Source: Cyanophora paradoxa CCMP329
Lineage: Eukaryota; Plantae; Glaucophyta
Length of the DNA: 64,000 bases
Assembly: GCA_004431415.1 (NCBI GenBank)
Contig: QPMI01000138.1
Coordinates: 1 to 64,000, forward strand
Reading direction: 5' to 3'
This document shows positions 57,361-64,000 of this stretch, piece after piece. The notes under the pieces are model-generated. The model searched no databases. It was not told where the DNA came from and worked only from the letters and a program-made list of their open reading frames with translations. The position numbers and the translations under genes are program-made. Position 1 is the stretch's first letter. Each line of letters opens with the position of its first letter.

Positions 57361-57605
57361 AAAGTATAGTAATGTAGACGAGCTTCTATGCGCTGGCATA
57401 AAAGTATAGTAATGTAGACGAGCTTCTATGCGCTGGCATAAAAGTATAGTAATGTAGACGAGCTTCTATGCGCTGGCATAAAAGTATAGTAATGTAGACG
57501 AGCTTCTATGCGCTGGCATAAAAGTATAGTAATGTAGACGAGCTTCTATGCGCTGGCATAAAAGTATAGTAATGTAGACGAGCTTCTATGCGCTGGCATA
57601 AAAGT
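57361..57605. repeat. Perfect 40-bp tandem repeat x6
   Basis: aaagtatagtaatgtagacgagcttctatgcgctggcata, six identical copies 57361-57600 plus a partial aaagt. Confidence 0.97.
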
Positions 57606-57770
57606 GATAGTGCGCTGATAGTGCGCTGATAGTGCGCTGATAGTGCGCTGATAGCTAGCCGGAGACAAGCCGGAGACAAGCCCGAGACAAGCCCTGTGCC
57701 AAGCCGGATCCCGGAGACCAAGCCCGAGCCAAGCCGTCAAGCCAATCGTTACAGGCATCGTTACAGGCAT
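57606..57770. repeat. Adjacent short tandem arrays (11-12 bp units)
   Basis: gatagtgcgct x4, cc(g/c)gagacaag x3, atcgttacaggc x2. Confidence 0.9.
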
Positions 57771-58427
57771 TCACTCCCAGCGATGCCGGAGCCCTAGCTT
57801 AGTGAAGCCGCTCAGCATTGGCTTGTACTCGATCGCCGGCCCGACAGGATCAGCACTGCTAGAGGCGATGCGCAGGATCGATGCGTTAGCTACAGGCAGC
57901 TCGCTAGCATTCTCATCGACCTCGGGGATCGCAACAATCGTCTTAGCAGGAACAGCAGATGCAGGAGGGGCAACCTTCTTATCGACCTTTGTCTTCGTGA
58001 TCGGTTCATTTAAAATCTTGTTCTCCATCTTAGTCTCAGCCGCGATGCCAGCTATAAGATCACTAGCTCGCTTCTTTGAAACTGTTTTAAGACCGGTCAC
58101 AGTTTTAATGAAATACCTGCTACGATTAGCCGTCTCTGAGATGTACAGCGGCCCATCGTCGGTATCCCTTAGCTTGCTAGTCTTGGTCTTCTTAGTCCGA
58201 GAATTCGGGATCTTATCAAGAATAGCGTTCTCATCGGCGGTAAGAGCATAGTCGTTGGATGCACCCTCACCGCCACCAGCGCGACGGGCTAGCGGGTAAG
58301 CATCAGTATCACCACTCAAGAACTCGATGTGATTCTTCTTAGTAGGGCTGGAAGTGCGCAGCCAAGACTGCATGTCTGTCGACTTCTTTCGCGGAGTGCG
58401 CAGCCGAGACTGCTTGTCTGTCGACAT
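57771..58427 (-). CDS. Viral hypothetical Lys-rich protein (218 aa)
   Basis: Uninterrupted ATG-initiated ORF directly downstream of mCP on the same strand, with an N-terminal duplication STDKQSRLRT/STDMQSWLRT. Confidence 0.7.
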   Translation of the reverse strand: MSTDKQSRLRTPRKKSTDMQSWLRTSSPTKKNHIEFLSGDTDAYPLARRAGGGEGASNDYALTADENAILDKIPNSRTKKTKTSKLRDTDDGPLYISETANRSRYFIKTVTGLKTVSKKRASDLIAGIAAETKMENKILNEPITKTKVDKKVAPPASAVPAKTIVAIPEVDENASELPVANASILRIASSSADPVGPAIEYKPMLSGFTKLGLRHRWE

Positions 58428-58452
58428 CTTTTAACTAGTAGTGGGAAAAAAC

Positions 58453-59329
58453 TTATGCGAACGATCTGTCGAAGGGGACGTACTCGCTGGCTGCATTCTT
58501 GATTGCGGATTTAGCAGCAGCAGACGTGTAAGAGACATCCTCGATATCGAACTCTAGCACGAACGAGAACTCCGTGTTTGTGACAGCGTCTGTTCCATTA
58601 TGATAGCGCAGCGATATGTCAAGTTCAGACAGCTCAGCGTTTCGATCGAAGCCTGTGACGGGAACACGATCCTCAGATGTGAACTTGATGAGCTCCCGAA
58701 TTTTGAGTCGATGTGAATCTTTGCGATCGAGCCCGTTGTATAGGGGTTAAGTGTCAAGATCGAGCCTTTGATCTGCTGAATGTACAGGAACAAATACGTG
58801 TGATAAAGTAGATCAACTGGCATATCGCTGAACAGCTCGTACGAATATTGTACGCCATCGATTGTCTCAGGTGTGTCAAGCTCACTGGAAAGGTCACTGA
58901 GAGTCTTCGCAAACCCGAGCAGGTTCGCTAGTTCGGCCGATGTGAAGCTCAAAATAAAGTCCGCTTCACACAGGAACCTAAGCCGCATTGAGATCTCTTC
59001 GAACTGAACGACGAACTTGCGCTGATAAGTAGTTCCACCGTAACTATACTGCTGGGTTTTAAGAAGCGTGCTTAGATAGTTTGCAAGGGAGGTTGGCGTA
59101 TAGACTCCGGGCTTGAAAGTGTTGGCACGTGTTTTCTCAACGCCAGAGGGATCAAGGGTGCCGGTGATAATTGCGGCTTGTGTGGACAGGTTGAACATGT
59201 TATGAAACAGTTCTAGCGAATCAACTCGCACCGACTTTACATTAACGAGGGCCTTGGGAGATTGATCTTGAAATTCGAGGACGTGCCTTCGAACCGGTCC
59301 CTAGAATCGACATTTACGCGGAGCTTCAT
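58453..59329 (-). CDS. Minor capsid (penton) protein, two apparent 1-nt frameshifts
   Basis: Corrected N-terminus MKLRVNVDSRDRFEGTSSNFKINLPRPLVNVKSVRV and C-terminus LSELDISLRYHNG..EFSFVLEF, typical of polinton/PLV/virophage mCP. Shifts fall at C/G runs near 59250 and 58695. Confidence 0.85.
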
Positions 59330-59373
59330 CTTTACAACAATATGCATGAAAATTTTCTGGTCTATAATAGCAA

Positions 59374-60601
59374 ATGGCGCAAGCAGGAACAACTCTAAAG
59401 GAGCTCCTCACTACCAAAGGTTCAAGCGAGCTTTATCTATCCCCGGGTCTCACTGTCGGTGTCAGCCCCAAGTTCAAGCCTTTCCTTGAAACGATCCGTC
59501 CGCGAGGCAACTCGTACGGCTTCGCGCAGACTGCCGCTTTCGACCTTCCGCGCAAGCAACTTCTAAACGGTGTCTCGCTATACTTTAAGGTCAGCGTCGC
59601 TGGCGGAGCGGCCGCCTCAGTGCTGCCGAATGGCGCAGGTGCATTTATTGAAAACGTGCGCTTTGTTCATGGATCCTTCAAGATGGTGATCCCAGGAGAC
59701 TGGCTTACTGTGAACGCGCTCATCGATAATAGCGTTGCATCCGCCCAGGCTTTTGCTAGCAGCTACGGCTTTGGAAAGGACGCTGCTCTTGAGATTCTCG
59801 ATGCCAGTCGCGAGTATGTGCTAAAGATCCCTCCCAGCTCTGGGACAATTCATACTTCCCGCTCCTCGCACTGGCTGACATGCCCACCGTCGAGATTGAC
59901 TTCCGTTCGGCTTCGGTGGTTGGAACTGTCGCTAGTGCTGTTGCAACTCTAACGGATTGTGCCCTGGTTTGCCAGTTCGTGAATATCCCTAGCGAAGAGG
60001 CTGAGTCTATGCTTAAATCTGCAAACGAGAGCGGTGGTATTCGAATTCCTTTCACCGAGATTATTTCAAAGCGCTCGAGGCAGTTAAAGACTGACGACGC
60101 GGGAATGCAGTCGAAATCTCCCTTGCCAACGTCAGCGGCCTTGTGCACGCGATCCTGATGACAGTGCGTAATGCGAATCACCTGGGCACTCGCAATCACA
60201 ATTCATTTGCTGGCAACGGAAATGCGCTGAAAATCGATTCGTTTGAGATCATGCACAACAACCGAACTCTCGACATCAGCAATAAGCCAATCTCTGGGTT
60301 TGTATCATCGTGCTATCACATTCCAACTCAATACCGCGGTGCAACCACTGGCAATTCAGCTCTTGGCTTCGAGGACGGAAATGTCTATGGGATTGTGCTT
60401 TCGAAATCTGGCAAAGACTCACTGCATAACGCTGTCCTCGGCTACACAGACTTCTTTAATTCCAGCAGCAGCTACTGCTCGCTAACTGTGACCGGCTGCA
60501 CAAACGCAGCGCCAGCAGTTGTTGACTTCCACGTCCTGCGCCACAATGTTCTCGTAATTAACTCGTATCAAATGTCAACTCTAAAGGTAAGTAACTTCTA
60601 G
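59374..60601 (+). CDS. Major capsid protein (double jelly-roll, divergent, about 410 aa), two apparent 1-nt frameshifts
   Basis: Three consecutive ORF fragments join at short C/G runs (about 59835 and 60100). Motifs GFAQTAAFDLPR..LLNGVSLYF, YFPLLAL, VEIDFR and LVHAILM, plus position between mCP and the ATPase. Confidence 0.8.
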
Positions 60602-61306
60602 ATGGATATCAAACTGTTTGATCCTACAGAAATAAAACTGCCTAAACGGTTCTTGTTTGTCGGTCCAACAAACTCGGGCAAGAGCACCTACGTAAAACAC
60701 GTGCTAAATGCTGTAGCGCCACAGTTAGACGATATTTACGTCTTCAGTACGACCGCATTTACTGGGCAATGGAATGATACAACACGACCAAGTAATATCC
60801 AGGAAGAATGGGATCCAGTTTTGGTTGAAGCGCTGCTAGAACGACAAAAAGAAAGAAGACGCAAAAATGATGATCGCAAGATTGCAATTGTTTTAGACGA
60901 TTTACTTGACAATGACCTAGTAAATGTCCACAGTGACAGACTCATGCAAAAGCTATTTACTTCTGGCCGTCATTACAACACCACCCTTTTCATAACGACT
61001 CAACGTCTTTGTGGCATCAGTCCGACGATTCGGCGGAACTGTGAGTACGTTTGCTTTTCGTCGATTTTGAGCAATGTTAAAGAGTTCAACACTTGCTTCG
61101 ACGAATATAATGCCGGAGCGAGTCGAGCAAATCTAATGCGTCTTTTCGTTGAATGGGGTCATTCGTTTCAGGTTTTGATATATGAAGGCGTGAGCGCGGA
61201 CCGCGTTTATGCTGTTGACAAAGCCTCTGGAACGACTTCGGCTCTATTGCGCTTTGTGCGCGTAAAAAAGCAGCGCGATCGAAAGTCGGTAGCCAGGACT
61301 GTTTGA
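60602..61306 (+). CDS. A32/FtsK-HerA-type genome packaging ATPase
   Basis: Walker A GPTNSGKS, Walker B IAIVLDD, LFTSGRHYN, ITTQ, ISPTIRRN. Confidence 0.95.
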   Translation: MDIKLFDPTEIKLPKRFLFVGPTNSGKSTYVKHVLNAVAPQLDDIYVFSTTAFTGQWNDTTRPSNIQEEWDPVLVEALLERQKERRRKNDDRKIAIVLDDLLDNDLVNVHSDRLMQKLFTSGRHYNTTLFITTQRLCGISPTIRRNCEYVCFSSILSNVKEFNTCFDEYNAGASRANLMRLFVEWGHSFQVLIYEGVSADRVYAVDKASGTTSALLRFVRVKKQRDRKSVARTV

Positions 61307-61469
61307 GCAACCAACTTGTATATTCTGGACGTGATGTCGCGATCCACAGGTAGGAGGCTCCTTTAAAAATACCAAAGCTGATGCAGTGACTTGGGGTGAG
61401 TTGACTCCTGCCTGGCCAACAGTCTTCTAGATTTAACTCTTCCTCTGCCGTTTCGAGTTCGAGTTCCAT
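61086..61469 (-). CDS. Small viral protein with FGx.KG..P.Y..WL motif (DUF3820-like); true 3' end uncertain
   Basis: ISFGIFKGASYLWIATSRPEYTSWLLKQ. ATG at 61469 follows the HNH gene; the 3' part overlaps the ATPase antisense. Confidence 0.55.
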   Translation of the reverse strand: MELELETAEEELNLEDCWPGRSQLTPSHCISFGIFKGASYLWIATSRPEYTSWLLKQSWLPTFDRAAFLRAQSAIEPKSFQRLCQQHKRGPRSRLHISKPETNDPIQRKDALDLLDSLRHYIRRSKC

Positions 61470-61500
61470 TAAAAAGATAAAGGGGTGTTATTCCCTTCAT

Positions 61501-62030
61501 TCAAACCTGTGGGAAGTTCAGCCGCAGAAACGGCTTGTCCTCTTCGCTGGTATGTTCTATAACGTAAGCATCACGAGCTTGAGCTGCTGCTTCGGCGGTT
61601 GCAAAGTAGCCGATGTTCTTTAGACGGCCATTGATCCTGTAATTTGCTTTCCATTTACAAAGTCGCTCATAGAAGCTGACGCCAATGAATCCTGATGTGT
61701 TTGTGAGCCGACGGTTTTGGTTCAACATCTGCTGACGCTTTGTCGCCAAACGTAGATTCTCGCGACGATTATCGAGTTTGTTATTATTAATGTGATCTAC
61801 AGTAAGGTCATTCTCAAGTCTCCCAACAATGAACGTATGCAAATACATATTCTTTCCATTGATCTTGCTCGAGGTATAACCATTGTTCAAACACCATCGT
61901 TTCTCCAGCACTCGATCAGCATCATCCTGTGATACAAAAGCGTAGGCGACGATTACTTTGCGCGATTGCGAATACCGCCTAACGGAATCAAAGCAGCTCC
62001 CTCTGGAACATCTGGAACGATGACCTCCAT
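61501..62030 (-). CDS. HNH endonuclease with C-terminal AP2 DNA-binding domain (one apparent frameshift near 61960)
   Basis: YLHTFI..TVDHINNNKLDNRRENLR (HNH_3) and TSGFIGVSF..KWKA..NIGYFATAEAAAQARD..LNFP (AP2). Confidence 0.9.
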
Positions 62031-62161
62031 CTGCGCAGCGAGCTGCTTGTCTGCGACTTTTTCGTTACATTTACAGTTTGCATTATCTTTAAGACTTAAA
62101 AGTCGCGCTAATTTGTCTTAAAAGGATTTATGTCTCTTATTATTGAGAGACAAACCGAACA

Positions 62162-62503
62162 ATGACTTCTGCAATTACTGCGGATTGCGTTGCGGTTAAA
62201 CGTGGCCGTGGGCGACCCCTAAGGTTCGTCTTTTAACAATGGAGCCTTATCAGCCGAAGAAGAAGGGCCTAAACCGATGGAGGTCACCCGGAGATTTTAG
62301 CAGAGCGACGCAGAAAGAATGCTGAACGCAATCGCAAACTGCGCCACACGAACGAAACATACCGTTTGAAACAGCTTGCCATCACAGCGAAGTATCGAGC
62401 TGAGAATCCTGATAGGATCCGGGAGTACCACAGGAATGCTATTGCGCGTAGATGCCTCGCGAAGAGCGGAGCTTCTGTAGAGCTCGAGGTGATGCAGCTT
62501 TAG
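62162..62503 (+). CDS. Small basic protein with AT-hook, frameshifted in this sequence
   Basis: MTSAITADCVAVKRGRGRP, then EILAERRRKNAERNRK..KYRAENPDRIREYHR in shifted frames. Confidence 0.5.
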
Positions 62504-63389
62504 CACCTGCTCGTAGCTTTGGCTCCCCTGCAATCTCAAGCTTCTTGAGCTCTCGATACTGCCGGCTTTGACCGCTGTATTTTTTTGTTTCGATCAAACC
62601 CTCACGTCTCAATCGTCTCTGCTGTCGCATTTGCACTTCTTCTTTTTCGATTCGTGTTTGAGGTGCAAGCTCACGCGGTTGACGTATTTCCGATGGTTTA
62701 ACACGTCTAGAAATTTCCACACCCTGTTTTGTAACGAGTCGAACACGGTTCTTGTCTGCGCCAGCAACTATGTACGTCTCCTTGCTTGGCTTTGTGGTTC
62801 CCTTCGCAAAAACGCTTGGCTTCGGCTCCAGGACTTGCACTTCGGTCCCTGTGCGCGGTATGTTCGAATTGTCTCGTTCAATATCGTTCTGTCGCTGTCT
62901 AACTTGATGCAGCTGCTCGGCTACCTGTGTATTTTCCCGCATCCACTTTGGTGAGTGCTCCCCGCCGAAAGAGCTGTGGGCTGTTTCATTGTACGCCTTG
63001 ACAATTGCCGGCAAACGTGAGAGGAAATGCGGGGAGCCACGAGCTTCTGTATCAGTCTGAATCAGTGCTCGCAATGTCCTCGCGAACCTGTCGATAATTC
63101 CCAGCTTGGAGCCTTTTGAAATGTGATCATCCTTAGCCACATCAGTGTGCATTTTCAACGAGTTCTCTTCAGCCATTTCCCGAATTGCTGCTGTGTTGAA
63201 GCCGTTGTCTCCTGAAAAGCCCCATATTCCAGGTAGCTGCTCGATCATTTTTGGAAGCTGCTTAAAAGTCTCGAGCTTACGGACCACAGCGAAACGGGTT
63301 GCAATCTCGACCGCTGCGAACAGGCGAAATCTCCCAATGAACAGCACGTCAATTTGCCACGCACCGGGTGGCGCAGTAATCTGGTACAT
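62439..63389 (-). CDS. Retroviral-like (rve) integrase of Polinton type
   Basis: WQID, VEIATRF, SGDNG, GIIDRFARTLR, LPAIVKAYNETAHSS..SP. Confidence 0.9.
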   Translation of the reverse strand: MYQITAPPGAWQIDVLFIGRFRLFAAVEIATRFAVVRKLETFKQLPKMIEQLPGIWGFSGDNGFNTAAIREMAEENSLKMHTDVAKDDHISKGSKLGIIDRFARTLRALIQTDTEARGSPHFLSRLPAIVKAYNETAHSSFGGEHSPKWMRENTQVAEQLHQVRQRQNDIERDNSNIPRTGTEVQVLEPKPSVFAKGTTKPSKETYIVAGADKNRVRLVTKQGVEISRRVKPSEIRQPRELAPQTRIEKEEVQMRQQRRLRREGLIETKKYSGQSRQYRELKKLEIAGEPKLRAGAKAASPRALQKLRSSRGIYAQ

Positions 63390-63398
63390 CTTTGTAAA

Positions 63399-64000
63399 TC
63401 AGGCGCGATTTTTATAATGTCCAATCGCTCGGGTGTTGATCCCGTCAGTCTCGAGGAAGCGTTTGGTATCAAGGGGATGTAGAGCCTGACGCGAGGTTCG
63501 TTGTAAATAAATCTCATGTAGTTTCGAGCGGAAACCGAGAATTCCTTTGATGTCATACGATTGCTTTTCTCCCTCTTTAGGGCAGACGCACCGGAAGAAT
63601 ACATCCCTTGTGAGTCTGTTGTAGTACGTCTTTTGAATACCCTTGCATACCTGCTTGTCCGTGGAATCTTCACGCGAATAATAGTAAGATTTCGGCCGGT
63701 TAGCGATCCACTCTGTCATTTGCAGACCATGGAGCTCATCCTTGAATAATCCGGAGTTTTCCCCATCGATCGTAGAGCTCGAACCTCATCGGCTGTCATG
63801 CCATCGAAGAATCGATGTGTCTCTGGGTAGTCGCTAACATCCAGCTCATGCTTGATTGAGCGTAAATCAGCATAGATATCTTTGGTGCGAACCTCGATGA
63901 TGAGACTGTCAGTATCCGTACCTAATAGTGTCAGCCGCTGGCCCCAAAGCAGCTTGAGCACCTGGTAGTAAAAGCGGTACATGTGCAGCTTGGAAAGTTC
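63399..64000 (-). CDS. Protein-primed family B DNA polymerase, C-terminal part (frameshift near 63750)
   Basis: ELSKLHMYRFYY, LLGTDTDSL, GLFKDE, RPKSY, CKGI, ALHPLDTKRFL..DGINTRAIGH. Confidence 0.93.

Larger units (their letters stand above)
56860..64000. mobile_element. Endogenous Polinton/Maverick-like dsDNA virus (left end; continues past the window)
   Basis: Abrupt drop in GC, no introns, tightly packed genes for mCP, MCP, packaging ATPase, rve integrase and pPolB; repeat-rich terminal region; AGAGAG at 56867. Confidence 0.93.

Noticed and set aside
57361-57605. Possible CRISPR array
   Set aside because: The units are identical and contiguous with no spacers, there are no cas genes, and the context is eukaryotic/viral.
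59374-60601. Programmed frameshifting, or three separate genes, in the MCP region
   Set aside because: The same 1-nt loss pattern affects several unrelated viral genes, so consensus error is simpler.

Overview
Eukaryotic nuclear DNA from a very GC-rich, intron-dense unicellular eukaryote (alga/protist style; taxon cannot be determined from sequence alone). Most long ORFs in the six-frame track are GC-rich artefacts, so host genes were rebuilt by hand across short GT-AG and GC-AG introns. Host genes in 1-56.9 kb: RING-coiled coil-WD40 protein (partial), bacterial-type SAM methyltransferase, TKL kinase with the catalytic Lys replaced by Arg, ADCY10-like soluble adenylyl cyclase/STAND NTPase, secreted DUF4832-type glycoside-hydrolase-like protein, a lower-GC multipass membrane protein, a TPR-like protein, a kynurenine-3-monooxygenase-like flavoprotein, two tandem ubiquitin-like genes, fucose mutarotase, a SNF2/BRM remodeller and a 5'-truncated type I surface protein. 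Two non-autonomous Helentron/DINE-like elements are present in inverted orientation. From about 56.86 kb to the window end lies an intronless, much lower-GC endogenous Polinton/Maverick-like virus (minor capsid, major capsid, packaging ATPase, HNH-AP2 nuclease, rve integrase, protein-primed PolB), apparently inserted into a host gene and broken only by single-base frameshifts. Two highlights: (1) this probably near-intact virus; (2) a ubiquitin-like gene whose 76-aa domain ends in Gly-Gly and can splice to either of two duplicated terminal exons, each encoding a short Cys-rich CaaX peptide, a candidate ubiquitin-fused lipopeptide precursor system. Gene boundaries are manual and approximate, and family calls rest on motif recognition, not database searches.
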